From Camelus ferus (lineage: Eukaryota): DNA of 64,000 nucleotides. The stretch covers positions 118,794,001 to 118,858,000 of the forward strand of contig NC_045697.1 of the NCBI RefSeq assembly GCF_009834535.1. The letters run 5' to 3'. The notes beneath the pieces are model-generated. The model was not told where the DNA came from and did no database searches. It saw nothing but the letters and a program-made list of their open reading frames with translations. Shown here one piece after another: positions 1 through 12,720 of the stretch. Within the stretch, counting starts at the first letter, position 1. Each line of letters opens with the position of its first letter. The position numbers were made by a program, and so were the translations under genes.

Positions 1-225
1 CAGTGTTCTGAAGTTTTCAGTGTGCAAATTTTTCAAGTCCTTGATTAAAGTTATTTCTAGTTATTTTGTTGGGTTTTTCTTGATGCAATGTAAATTGGAT
101 TTTTTTCTTTCTCTTTCTCTTGGTTCATTATTAGTGTCTACACATGCAATTGACTTTTGTGTATTAATTGTGTCACTTTACTGAATTAATTCATTAGTTC
201 TAATCACTTTTTTGTGGAATAATGT
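1..225 (-). mobile_element. LINE-1 ORF2 fragment
   Basis: T-rich antisense L1 text (ttcattattagtgt...ttttgtgtatt...ctgaatt...attagttcta). It matches the same L1 segment at 3444-3595 and within 29940-30080. Confidence 0.8.
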
Positions 226-879
226 AAAAAATTGGAACTCAGAAACCCCACTCTTTTATCCCATCCAGGTCATCTGCAGCACGGAGGACCATAGTGGCTC
301 CTAATATTGCCTTCCCACGATTCTTCTAAATTAGTCTGACTCCTACAAGTGTGATTAGCTTTGCAACTTTCAGTGAGCTAGATCTGGTTAAGACTTGGCC
401 TGTGAGGAAGTTTGGTGTTTTCTCTGCCTTTCTGGTATTGACACACTGTTTTGGAAAGTTACTTACTTTCCAGTCATTTCAAACATACAGAAGACTCGCC
501 ATAGTGGAACAGAACACCTCTTGTCTCTACACTCAGACTCCCCAGCTGTCTTTGCTTTACTGCACCTGCACTTCCCACAAAACACTCCAGTGTCTTTTAC
601 CCAAAACGGGGACTCCCTCCCAGGGAACCAACACATAACCTCCAAATGTGGAAATCACTATGGTTTCCACATTAGAATCCAATGCACAGGCCCACCTCAG
701 CTTTCACCAGCTGCCCCAGCTCTAGGGAAATGCCTTTTTTTATTCTGATCCAGTTTTCTTTCTGGAATTCTTACTGACACTTGCCCTCATTTTCACAAGC
801 TTGATGGATTGAAAAGCACAGCTGAGTTTGACCTGGGTGGCCGTTGCTGGATTGTAACGTGTAGCAGTACCTTACTCAT

Positions 880-3195
880 TTTTGTTTTTGTCATTAAATG
901 TCAATAACATGTACCACTTAAACCATCTTAAACACACGGTTCTATGGCAGTAGCCACCTTCACACCATTGTACAACTATCCTCGTCATCCGTGTTCAGAA
1001 CTTTCCCATTTTCGCTGGTGAAACTCCGTAACCATTAAACACTAACTCCCCCTCAGCCCCTGCAAACCACGTGGCACTTTCTGCCTTTGAATTTGACTTC
1101 TCTGGATACATCATCTAAGTGGAATCACGTCATTTTTGTCCTTTTATGACAGGGTTATTTCACTTATCATCATGTCTTCAAGGTTCATATATGTTGCAGC
1201 ACGTGTCAGAACTTCTGTAACTTTTAAGGCGGAATTCCGGTCCTTTGTGTGTATACGCATTCGGCCTGTCCGCCCGTCCCTAGATGGGCACTGGGTCGCT
1301 CCCACATTTTGCCGCTGTGACTAGTGCTGCTGTGAATAGGGATGTGCCCGTATACGTGCCAGTCCCCGCCTTCGGTCTCCTGGGTGTACACCCAGATGTG
1401 GATTTGATGGCTCACCTGCAAATGCTGTTAAAGGTTTTGAGGAGCTGCTGCCCTGTTTCCCACAGAGGCTGCATTTTTCCCTTTACTCCTTTCACGACAG
1501 ACTAATATGGTGGCTTATGAGCCAACCTCACTTTCTTGGTTCCAGTTACCCATTGAGGGACATCTGCCTTGTTTCTGCCTTTTGGCTGTTGCGAACAGAG
1601 CTGCTCTCAATATTACGCACGCCTGCTTTCAATTCCTGGGGGGTTATATCTAGGAGTGGAGTCACCGAGTGATGCGGTAATTGTCTTTCTTCATATGGTT
1701 AACATAGTTTGCACCCTTTTGCCTTTCCACAAGTAATGTTTAAAGGTTCCAAGTTCTCTGCATTGTTGCCAACATTTGTTGCCTTTGATTTTCTTGCCGA
1801 CAACCATTTGAGAGTGTGAGAAAGACTGACTGCCTCGTGGCTTTAATTTGCATTTCCATCGTATCTTTTCACCTGCTTATGGGCCATTTGCATGTCTTGG
1901 GTGGAGAAAGGTCTGTTTAAGTCCTTTGGTCGTATTTAAAATTGGGTTGTTTCTTTCTGTCCAGGATGTGTAAAAGTTCTTGATACACACTGGATAAAGA
2001 CTCATCAGATATGTCATGTGGAAATACTTTCTTCCGATGTGTGGGCTGTCTTTTCACTTTCTGGATTGCATCTTTTGATGCACAAGGATTTTCAATTTTC
2101 AATTCATTTTTTCCCTTTTGCTGCCTGTGCTTTGCCGTCAGAAGTAAGAAATCATTGCTAAACCCAAGGTTATGACAATGCCTCCCCGTGTTTTATTGGA
2201 GAGTTTACATGGTCATCCCTCAGCATCAGAAGTGTGAGCTTCCAACTTTGAGTTTCTCTTTTCAAATAGTTTTAGCTCTTTGGGGTCTTTTGAAATTCCA
2301 TACCGTGGGGTATCCTATTCTGCTCCCCTTCACATGGACGTACCCCAATCTGCTTACACAGTCACCTACTGAAGACATCCTGATTCCTTTAAGGCTTAGG
2401 CACTAGGAGTGGGGCTTCCGTGCACAATAGCGTCCTTGTTTTTGTTAGGAATAGTTTTTCAAAGTAATTGTGTAAAAGCTGGAGGCATGATTGATGCATC
2501 TCAAGGTGTGAGACTTGTTCAGCTTTGGAAATTACTTCCAAACTGTGTTCTAGGAGGCGGTCTTTGAGTTCCAATCAGCAATGAAGGAAAGTTGCATTTG
2601 TTCCCTGTCCTCCAGTAGTGGGTATGGTCACCTTGCAGGGAGGGTAGCAATTCTAATAGGTGTGTAGTGCTGTCTTGTTGTTTTAATTAGTAATTCCCTA
2701 ATAGTACATGGTGTTGATCATATTTTTGTCTACTTGTTTATTATTTGTATATCTTCTTTGCCAGACATCTGTCCAGATCTTTACCCATTTTCAATGGGGT
2801 TGTTTGTTTTATAGCTGTTTGTATAGTTTGAGTACAAATCTTTTATCAGATATGTATTTTTCAAGCATTTTTCTCCCAGCTTGTTGCTTGTCTTTTGACT
2901 TTCTGAATAAGCTATTTCACCAAGTAGAAATTTTTAAGTTGATGAAGTACATGTTATTAATTTTTTTTCCTTTGGGTCTTGGCTTTTTGTGTTGTTGAAA
3001 GTCAAAGATCATCATCCACATGACAAATGCACCGTCATGTAGGTTTTCTTCTATGCTTGCTTCTACAACCTTTACAGTTTTGCTTTTAGAACTTATCTAA
3101 GGATACTTTTGAGTGATTTTTGGTGTAACTTATAAAGTTTGTGTCTGTCTCCATTTCACTGCATATGATTTCTAACTGCTCCATCACTATTTTTT
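880..3195 (-). mobile_element. Composite old LINE-1 3' fragments
   Basis: Antisense L1 3'UTR/ORF2 text. ORF 1917..2102(-) contains KVKRQPT, typical of the ORF2p C-terminus. Confidence 0.8.
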
Positions 3196-3244
3196 GAGAA
3201 ATCATAGGATACTTGCTTCCATCAGTTTGCATTTCCAAAATGTA

Positions 3245-3340
3245 CTGTATTCAGCAGGACTGCCAGCAGGGGCCGCAGCCTGCACTGGACTGGGAGTGGG
3301 TGCAGCTGCATTTCCCTGTTGGCCAGCAGAGGGTGATGCA
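3245..3340 (+). promoter_or_regulatory. Two tandem CTCF-like motifs
   Basis: TGCCAGCAGGGGCCGC (3261-3276) and TGGCCAGCAGAGGGTGA (3320-3336) resemble the CTCF core CCASYAGRKGGCRS. The second is preceded by CTGCATTTCC, similar to the upstream module. Confidence 0.45.
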
Positions 3341-4289
3341 CCCTGCCTCTCTGACCAGGGCAGCACCTGCCTCTTCTGCCCTCAGACTTGGCTCCCTGCT
3401 CAGCTGCCAGGAGCCTGGTCTCCTCCAGACTCGCCAGGGATTCGATGTTATTGTAAATGGAACTGTTTTCTTAATTTCTCTCCCTGATGGTTCATTATTA
3501 GCGTATACGAACACAAGTGAATTTGTGTATTGATTTTGTATCCTGCAGCTTGACTGAATTCATTTATTAGTCCTAACAATCTTTTTTTGGTGGTTTGATG
3601 CAAAACAAACAAACAAACAAACAAACAAACAAAAAACAACCAGGAATTAGAAACACCACTGTTTCTACCACACCCAGGTCATCCACAACACCCAAGACAT
3701 AGTGGCTGTTGGTACAATCTTCCCACAGGGCCTCTTCAAAACCACGTGGATTCCTTCAAGGGTGATGAGCATCACCAGACTGGGTGAGCAGAGGCTGGGT
3801 AGGGCTTGGCCTCTGTAACCAAGTTCATATCTTTTCTACTTTTCTGTCCTTTTATTGATATGGCTGTTTGGAAAAGGAATTTATTTTCCAGTAATTTCAA
3901 ATCTATAGACAGTTTTCAATAGCGGTGCACAGTACTCACGTTGGCCACCTCATGCAAAGTACTCTGGTGTGTTTTACCCCAAAGAGGGACACTCTCCCAG
4001 GGAACCAGCACATAACCCCTAAGTGATGATTCTTCTAATTTCTTACAATAATCCACCCCACAGGTCCATTTCTTCTATCATCAGCTGCCCCAAATCTACG
4101 GAAATGTCTCTTTCCATTCTGATCCAGTGTTCTTTCTCTGAAACCCTGACTGGGACTTTCCCTCAAGTCATACCTTTGATGGATTTCAAGCAAAAGAGGA
4201 GCATGTGACCTGGGTGGCCTTTCCTGAATGGCGTCTTTCCCTGAGGAGGTGGTCAGTGTTCATCACCTTGTAACAAGTAACAGGACTTT

Positions 4290-5610
4290 ATTTTTTTCTA
4301 CTTTGATTAAAAACACATGACACTTACCACTTCAACCTTCTTATATATACAGTTCTGTGGCATTAACTACACCTACCGTGTTATAAAATAAAGTTCTCAT
4401 TGCCCACCTCCCAAACTTTTTCATTTTCCCCAACTGAAATTGTATCCATTCAACACTGACTCCTCTCAGTTCCTCACAACCACATTCTTTCTGTCTGACT
4501 CATCTGCAGCCTTATGTACGCGGAATCATAGAACATGTCTTTCTATGACTGACTGATTTCACTTAGCACAGTTACTTCAGTAAGTTCATGCACCTTGTAG
4601 CAAGTGTCAGAATCGCCTTAGTTTTCAAGGCTGAATGGCATTCCCTTGTGTATAAATACCGCATTCCATTTATTCATTTCTTCATCAGTGGACACTTGGG
4701 TTGCTTCCACCTTTGTTACTATGAATGATGCGAGGACATGCATCTGTTCCAGCCCCTCCTTTCCAATATTTTGAGTGCGTGCCTTAAATGGAATTGACAG
4801 CTCATATGTGAACTCTGTGCTAAACTTTTTGAGGAGCTGCCATATTGTTGACTCCAGCATCTACATTATTTTACTTTGTTCATTCATATTACAGAATAAT
4901 ATGGCAGTTCACGGATGTCCTGCATTTTGCTCATTTATTTACCCATTGATGGACATTTCAATTGTTTCTACCTGTTGGCTATTGTGAACAGCGCTGCTAT
5001 GAATACTCATGTACAACTTTTTGCTTGAACACTTGTTTCCAATTCTGTGCCATCTATCACTCGATGCGGAGTTGTTGAACCATGTAGTACTGTACATTTA
5101 TCTTTTTGAGGGAATGTCAAAGTATTGTACCTGTAGGCTGCACCACTTTACATTTATTTCCACAAGCAGTATTTAAAGGTTCCTTTTGCTCTACATTGTT
5201 GCCAATATTCATTCTCTTTAAATTATTCTTCATTACAACAATTGTAGTGTGTTTGAATGGGAATTGTATTGTACTAATTTGCATCTCCATCATGACTACT
5301 GATGTTTGACATCTTTTCATGTCCTGTTGACCACTGTATGCCTTGTCTGGAGAAGAGTCTGGTCAAGTCCCTTGTGCATCTGAAAAATTGTGTCTTCTGT
5401 GTTTTTGTTGATGAGTTTCTTGATACATTCTGGATAACAGACTCATTAGATATATAATGTACAAATATTTTTTTACAATATGTAGGCTGTCTTTTCACAT
5501 TCTGGATAATATTTTTGATGCAATAAAGTTTTTAACTCTGAGAAAATCCAATGTATCTGTTTGGTTTTTTCTTTCTTTTTTTCTTTCATGCCTGTGCTTT
5601 GGTCATGAAG
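4290..5610 (-). mobile_element. Composite old LINE-1 3' fragments (second tandem copy)
   Basis: ORFs 5117..5320(-) and 5274..5498(-) (MKRQPT..., EMQI) are decayed ORF2p C-terminal text. Confidence 0.8.
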
Positions 5611-5667
5611 ACTCATTCACTGAGTTTACTTTAGAGATTGTGGAATCGTCCCTCAGTAGCCAATTTG

Positions 5668-5885
5668 CTAGGGTTTAGGTCTGTGATCCTAGTCCGTGGC
5701 AGGGTTTAGGGGTCAGGGTTTAAGGATATGGTCAGGATTGGTGAGCCAGGGTAGAGGGTGATGGTTACAAAGGGTCAGGGTCAGGGATTAGAGTTTAGGT
5801 GTCAGAGTTGAGGTCAAAAGTCCAAGTTGTTAGGTTTAGGTGGTTAGGGTTTTGGTTATGGGGTTGGGTTAGGGTTAGGTCTAAG
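5668..5885 (+). repeat. Degenerate telomere-like (TTAGGG)n tract
   Basis: Run of TTAGGG, TCAGGG, TTAGGT and GGGTT variants ending in gggttagggttaggt. Confidence 0.7.
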
Positions 5886-6699
5886 CATAACCCACCCGCA
5901 TGCCCCTTCCCCCTGTCCACCTCTCTGAGGCCTCCAGGATGCACAGCGTTCTCCCAGGGTCACACATGAATCAGATAAGTGAGCTGTGTCATTGTTTTTC
6001 TCCCCTAACCCGCCAAGTCCTGGTCTCAGAGAGAAAAATGAAATGTCTGTCCTTCTGACTGTTTCTGAAGGGTGTCAGAAGTCATGCAGGGTGTTTCTCT
6101 GTCCTCCCTCCCACCTGGAAAGGGTGCTGCTGGCCCCACTCTGCTCGAGGGATCCCAGTGTCCAGCACAGCTCTGACACAGGGCACTCAGAAGACATGTG
6201 CGGGTGTATTGAGGACTGGGTGCAGGGACCACTTGGCCCTCAGGGGCTGCCTTCTTGAGGGCTTATGGGACCCTCCTGGGACCTGATGAATCATTTGTCC
6301 CATCTGAGTGGGCATCAATAGAAAATCAAGTCTCAGACAGGAAGCCCTTAACCTCTGACCATCTAGGCAGGCACTTGTGGTTTCCCAGCTCAGGCCAGCC
6401 TGGGCCCTGTCAAGCCTCATGGCCAATTACTGAGCTGACCATGCTGCGGGGCAATTGAACAATGACCCAGGCAGTACTGACAGACCCGTGGCATGTTTAC
6501 ATGACCAACATCCATGTGGTTGAGAAAAGAGTCTCCTCCCTAACAGCCTCTTAACCTGCCGAGAAGGGCACTGGCCCTCCAGATGTTGAGGGCCATGACG
6601 ACCATACAGCAGGTCATAACCCTGTAACTTCTGGGCCTTCCAGTTGTTACAAACTTTTCATACTTTATGGAATTCATTGCTTGCTCCATTCCAGCCTAC

Positions 6700-7262
6700 A
6701 GATGGAGTAGTTTCCGTATTGCCAGCTACCACCACCGTGGGAAAGAACTTAAGAGTCCAGTATTTATAAATGGCACAATTTGCATCTATTCTACAGATTT
6801 TGTCCATTTCCATAGATAATTAGGTCAAGTGCATTCTGCCCCACCACCAAGAGTGAGTTTTTTCATACATCTCTTTTGTACTTCCTAAATGAATTAGACT
6901 CTTTGTCACATTCTCTGTTCCATCCTGTGACACTCTGATATCATTAAAAAAAAAAAAAGAACTAAATTTGAATACATTATGATTTACTTGTTGGGTAAAA
7001 AAAAAATATGTTTAGACCAATGCATAGTGGCAGGTGTCCATATCTACAGTATCATCTGGAATATTTCCAGCCCCCACCCCATGAACTGTTCACCATCTCT
7101 GTTTTGCCTGTTCCAGAATACCATATGAATTGAGCCATACAGCGTGTGGTCTCTGCAGACTGAATCCTGTCACTCAGCAGTATACATGTGCTGTTCATCT
7201 ATGGTTGTTACATTGAGTGATGGCTTATTCCTTTCTATTTCTGAGTAGTATTTCATTGCATG
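6700..7262 (-). mobile_element. Old LINE-1 (L1M-type) 3' fragment
   Basis: Antisense L1 3'UTR-like text (ttttgcctgttccagaat...ctgagtagtatttcattg). Confidence 0.55.
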
Positions 7263-8850
7263 TGTAGGGGAAGAAAAATGGCTTTCCCCTACCCTTCTAT
7301 GTTCTTAATTGTGGACTCCCCCCTTCCCCCTGAAATAAAAGACATACATAATCTTACAGACAAATGCAAATACATATAATAGCTTTCTTTCCAAATTTCA
7401 ACCATGAGTCAGTAAAACTGAGTCATGCAAAATCATCTGTTTATATAAAATAGTGGGCTCTGAATTGTGTTTCTGGCAGATGGAATAGGAAAGATTACTT
7501 GCTTAGTGAGAGCTACAGGTTTGTACTAATTTTTGTGGAGAAGACCCAAGATTGAGATTTACCCTGGTATGTGAATATTTATGGAGGCTGCAGACTAAAT
7601 TCTAAACAAAGGATTTTTTGGAAATAACATGTGGCCATCCTGATGTTTCTTAAAAGCCAATCTGAGTGGATAAAATATCCAGTTAGTCTATAATTAGCCT
7701 TTCCCTCTCCAGTCTCAGGTGGTGATTTTAGTGGACTAAGTTATTTCAATGGCCAGGTGTGTAAAGGAAGAAAGCATTGTGATGTTGAGGGAGTGATGGG
7801 GAAGGAGATTTTCATTGCACTTACCAGGTGAAGAAAGAAATGTCTCCCATTTTATGACAGGAGGTATGAAGCACAATTAAAAGCAAGGCACCCTCAAGTT
7901 ACAGATGTTTCCTTGGATGTTCTTGCTTAAAGGCCTGCTTCTCAGGACCTGGAGAGCACAGCTCTTGCCATCACAAGGGCCTGAGGAAGGATGTAAGCCT
8001 TTTAAGGGAGAAATTCTGGGGCATATTCCCTAGTGTCAGAGGTGTAGGGCAGTTACTATTTAAGTGTTTTCTTCTTTCTTGAGTGTAGGAGAGTTCTTTC
8101 CCCAATGCCCTGGCAGGAGAAGCAGGTGGAGGTGTTGAGGTCAGTAAGAAGGGTGGGTGGGCTTTGAATCACCCCCCTAGAGCCATGTTTCTGTTTATCT
8201 ATAGATGAGGTTAGTAAAGCAAGAATGGTTGTTTTGAATTCTTCAGAGAATTACAAATGCTCCTCAATGATAAGTTCAAGAGGCCGACCTGCCCATCCAA
8301 CCTCAACGTCTTGAATTTGCTTCTTCCTATCATGGAGGAGATTTCCAATGAAGATGCCAATCAGCAGATCCCTGTGTCCATATTTAGACCTGTGTGTGCC
8401 TTTGGGGTGTTCTCAAACATCCACCCACAGAGGCTCTGCGTGCTCTCTCTCTCTTTCAGAGCCCATAGTTCCCTTTTAGCCCAGTTGCTCTTAGCAGAGG
8501 AAGCCTCAAAAATACCTTGTCTTAAGCCGTGGATATCAGTCACCAACTGGACCAAGTTCTGCAAATGAGCACGCGGTCCTGGCAAAGGCTCTGGCCATTT
8601 GTGCTCTTGGTGAGGATTTTCTCCAGGCGGACCGTCTGGAGGGCTGCAAGGGGGTGGTTTACATACGTGTGGCAGGGTTGATGGTGTAAATGGGTTTTGA
8701 TTTTTGCTCTGAATCTGATTTCTGTCCTTGTGTTTGTTAAGGAAGTGTTCTTAGGTGAGATGTGATTCTCCTTTTTTTTTTTTTCAATTTGATCATCCAA
8801 GAGGTAGGTATCTAGGAACAAAGAAACGGGTGGAGGCTAATAGCAGCCGG
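7263..8850 (-). mobile_element. Highly degraded ERV remnant (LTR edge plus gag-like internal sequence)
   Basis: Starts with LTR-like tgtaggggaagaaaaat...ccctacccttcta. ORF 8361..8585(-) GIFEASSAKSNWAK...ES...FENTPKAHTGL resembles a decayed class I gag segment near the major homology region. Confidence 0.4.
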
Positions 8851-11032
8851 CATACACACCCCTAGAGCCACAATTTCCCACAGGCCATTATATCCACACT
8901 CCTAGAGAGACACACAGGCCTCAGCAGCCAGTGAAGTTCTCAGCAACAACTTGACTGTGCAGGATCGGCAGAAGGTGCACAGCCCTGAGACTGCCCCTTC
9001 AGGAGGGAAGGATGGAGTGGGGGTGAACCCATTGTCTGGGCATCTCAGTGTACTGCCATGTGAAAAGGGGCAGGTGACTCTTGGCATTCAACATAGCTCT
9101 GTAGAATAGAGAAAGGACACAAAATTCTAAGACATACCCATCAGAAGGGAGGGAGGGAAGTGGTGCTTGCACATAAAGCCCTGGCCTAGCAGGGCACTCC
9201 CCTAGGGAAAAGGAGCAGGTAGTTCTCAGCACCTTACACAGCTCTGTAGGATTAAGACAAGGCATACAGTCCTAAAACTATCTCCCCAAGAAAGAAGTGA
9301 AGGGAGCAGAGTGGACATATCTATAGAAAAAGTTTGATCAATCCCCAGAATTTCTAGCCGGCTTGTCTGGTGAAGGTCTTCCCCTTCCAGTGGCAGTGTG
9401 TGAAGCCTGGGAGGGGTGATTGCTTCTTCAAGTGTGCAGACGTCGGCACAGGAGAAAGGATCATGCAGGGTCAGGGGGACATGGTATCACCAAAGAAACA
9501 AAACAAAGTTCCAGTATCAGAGCCCCCAAAACAGAGATCTATTAATTGCCTGATGAAGATTTCAAAATAACCATCTTAAAAAAAAGCTCACTGAGCTATA
9601 AAAGAATGCAGATAGACAACCAGACAAAACAGAAAATTCATACATGATCATAATGCACATTTCAACAAAGAAACAGAAATCATACAAAATAACCCAAACA
9701 CAAATTCTGGAGCAAAGAATGCAATGACTTCACCAAAAAATTCAGTAGAGAGCTTCAACAGCAGATGTGACCAAGCAGAAGAATCAAGTAGACTTGAAGA
9801 CAGGTTGTCTGAAGTGCTCTGTTCACAGGAGCAAAAGTAAAAGGGAATGAAAAAGAGTGAACAAAGCCTACAGGACTTACAGGGCACAGTCACGATAAAC
9901 AATAGGTAATGGGAGTTTCAGAAGAAGAAGGGAAAGGAGAAGAAAGCTTATTTAAAGAAATAATGGCTAAATTTTTCCCAAATCAGGGGTAGGAAAGTTA
10001 CTTCTAGATTTATAGATCCCGAAAGACTCCAAATAATTTGAATGTAAAAGAGGTCTACACCGAGGCACATTAAAATTAAATTGTCAAAAGTTAAAAAGAG
10101 AATTTTCAGAACAGCAAAAGAAAAATGACTCATCAAATGCAATGAAACTCCATTAAGACCATCAGCAGACTTTTTAGCAGAATCCTGAAGGCCAGGAGAG
10201 AGCGGGATGATATATTTAAAAATGCTGAAAGAAATAATCTGCCAACCAAGCATACTACACCTGGCAAGACTGTCCTGTGCAATGAAGGAGAGAGAGACTT
10301 TCCCAGACAAACAAAACGTGAGTGTTTCTTACCACTAGACCTGCTGTACAAGCAGTGCTAAGGGGGTGGGTTGTCAAGCTCAAACAAAAGGACACTAAGC
10401 AACAACACAAAAGCAGAAGGAAGTATAAATTGTACTGGAAAAGGTAAATATATCAAGAAATACAGAACAGTGCAACACTGTCATGGTAGTGCAGTAAACA
10501 CTTTTAACCCTAGTTGACAACTGTATTAAGAATAACTATAAGTACAATAATCAACTAATAATTACTTTAAATTTAAATGGATTAAACTCACAAATTAAAA
10601 GAAAATGAGTGACTGAATGGATAAAACAAAAAGCTGCACGTGTACACTGTGCATAAGAGACTCACCTTGGCTTTAAGAACACCCAAAGTTTGCACGTAAA
10701 GGGATAGAAAAAGGTAGTCATGCAAATGGTAACCGCAAGAGAGCAGGGGTGGCTATACTTCTAGGGGAAAAAATAAACTTAAGAAAATGCTACAGGAGAT
10801 AAAGAAGATAATTATATAAAGATAAAAGGGTTTATTTAAAAGGAAGATATAACAATTATAAATATACAAACACCCATTCCATTCTTTGGTATATATCTGA
10901 AAAAAAAAAAAAAAGAAACCACTAATTTAAAAATCCCAATGTCCACAGCAACAGTATTTATAATAATCAAGATACGGAAGCAATCTGAGGGTCCATCAAC
11001 AGATAAATAGGGAAAGAAGATACTGTGTGAAT

Positions 11033-11068
<36 letters not shown>

Positions 11069-11785
11069 AATAAATCACTACTCAGTCATAAAATATGCAG
11101 AACTGTTGCCATTTGCAGCAACATGGATGGACGTGGAGGGCGTCATGCTAAGTGAACTAAGTCAGACAGAGACAAGTGCTGTATGGTGTCACTTATATAT
11201 GGAACCTAAAAAACAAACAAACTACTGAATATAACAAAAATGAAGTACACTCACAAATATAGAGAACAAATAAATGGTTATCAGGGGACGGGAGGGGAAA
11301 TTTTGCAATGGGAGAGCAGGAGGAACAAACACCTGGTTTTAAGACAGGTTCAAGGATGTATTGAACAACATGCGGAACATGGCCAATATTTTTTACTAAC
11401 TGTAAATGGAAAAGAACCTTTAAAATTATATAAAATATTTTTAATACAAGAAATATATACGCACCCAACACCAGAGCTCCCAAATATATAAAGCAGATCT
11501 AACGGGATAAATAGAAAGCCATACAATAATAGGAGGAGACTTGAATATTCCCCTTTCAATAATGGATGGGGCAACCAAAGGAAAATCAGTAAGGCAGCAG
11601 CAGAGGAGAACAGCACTGCAAACCAACGGCCCAGACAGCGGTACCCCGAGCATGCAACAGCAGCAGGGCGCACGTGCCCCTCAGGCACACGTGGACTCTC
11701 CAGCGGAAATCACCTTACAGTCTGCAAAACAAGTCTTAACAAATTGAAAAACATTGAAATAATTCCAAATGTCTTTTCTGACTGA
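8850..11785 (+). mobile_element. LINE-1 5' part (ORF1 and ORF2 endonuclease), decayed
   Basis: A-rich ORF1 text at ~9480-10370 (gagcttcaacagcaga...caagcagaagaa...ccattaagaccatcagcagactt). Endonuclease text (aatggattaaactc, gagactcac, aataggaggagacttgaat) at ~10550-11785. Confidence 0.85.
10872..11445 (+). mobile_element. Younger L1 3' end nested in the L1 endonuclease region, with (TG)n at 11033-11065
   Basis: L1 3'UTR text (tgccatttgcagcaacatggatgga...) interrupts the host at aaatata.../aaatatatacgcacccaaca. Confidence 0.7.
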
Positions 11786-11809
11786 TGAATATTTTATTTT
11801 AATTAAAAC

Positions 11810-12470
11810 AGCATTTTTATTATTTGAAAGGGAAATCCAGGGGAATTAAAGATGTGATGTGCAAAATGAAGCCCTTTTAGTAACTCTGCGCATGATCTCG
11901 GGATAGACGCTGCTGTTCCCCCTGTGACACCACAGCCAGGAGACAGAGGGGGGATGCTTAGCTCTTCCTGTGGCAAAACCAAAGCCAAGCAGATCAAAAA
12001 ATAAGTAAAAGCCCAGAAAAACAGCTGGAAAGACAAACCACAACCTGGAAAAAGCGTTCATCATGACCCAAGGTTGGAGAAAGGTTTCACATCCCTGTGG
12101 TCCAAAAACCTCTCGAAACCCAGTGTTCTCAACAGAAACTGAACACACACGGGCAGTTTCAACAAGAGGCAGCGCAGGTGGCCAGTGTGTGCTAGATATG
12201 CTTGACCTGTCGGGTGAGGACACAGGCAGACGGACACACTGTGGGACAGCACTGGTCACCATCACACTGGCAGGACTTTAGCCTGGTGACAACCATCCCT
12301 GGTGACAATGTGAGGAGGCAGAGGCCCCAGCAGGTCCCCTGGAGGGAAGAGCAAACGGACGCTCCTCTCCAGGGGAACAGGGTGCAGGACGCATCAAAGG
12401 GCCACAGGCGCACCCATTCCCCAGCAGCACTGGTCCTTAGCGCTGATCCCACCAAAGTGCTTGCACAGCT
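11810..12470 (+). repeat. Direct repeat copy 1 (660 bp; partner 15445-16105)
   Basis: Near-identical text from agcatttttattatttgaaagggaaatccagg to cttgcacagct, with offset 3635 nt at both ends. The ORF track shows paralogous translations (TQGWRKVS.PCGPKTSRNPVFSTET). Confidence 0.95.
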
Positions 12471-12559
12471 TTCATGGAGGTTTTTCCTTCAGTCAGATGA
12501 ATTCAAAATAATATGTCATCAAGGCATTTTCAGAAGTGACCTTCCCTGGGTCCTAACAA

Positions 12560-12720
12560 TACACACACATAAATACAAACAAATACACATAAATATACAC
12601 ACATACATACAGGAAACAGACAGACTGAAACAAAGAGAAGCAGAGGGAGAGACAGAAACAGAGAGAGAGAGAGAGAGAGACAAGACAGAGAGAGAGGCAC
12701 TGAGAGACAGACAGAGAAAA
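12560..12720. repeat. (CA)/(GA)-rich low-complexity microsatellite
   Basis: acacacacat...gagagagagagagagaga. Confidence 0.85.

Larger units (their letters stand above)
80..5610. repeat. Old diverged tandem duplication, period ~3.4 kb (copy A ~80-2160, copy B ~3444-5610)
   Basis: Both copies have the same order: L1 piece, unique block, composite L1. Example: ctcccagggaaccaacacataacc (~618) vs ctcccagggaaccagcacataacc (~3994). Also ctgatccagt..ttctttct and tgacctgggtggcc occur in both. Confidence 0.8.

Noticed and set aside
230..4230. SNORD115/116-type snoRNA array in the tandem units
   Set aside because: No box C/D pair with a terminal stem is conserved in both copies.
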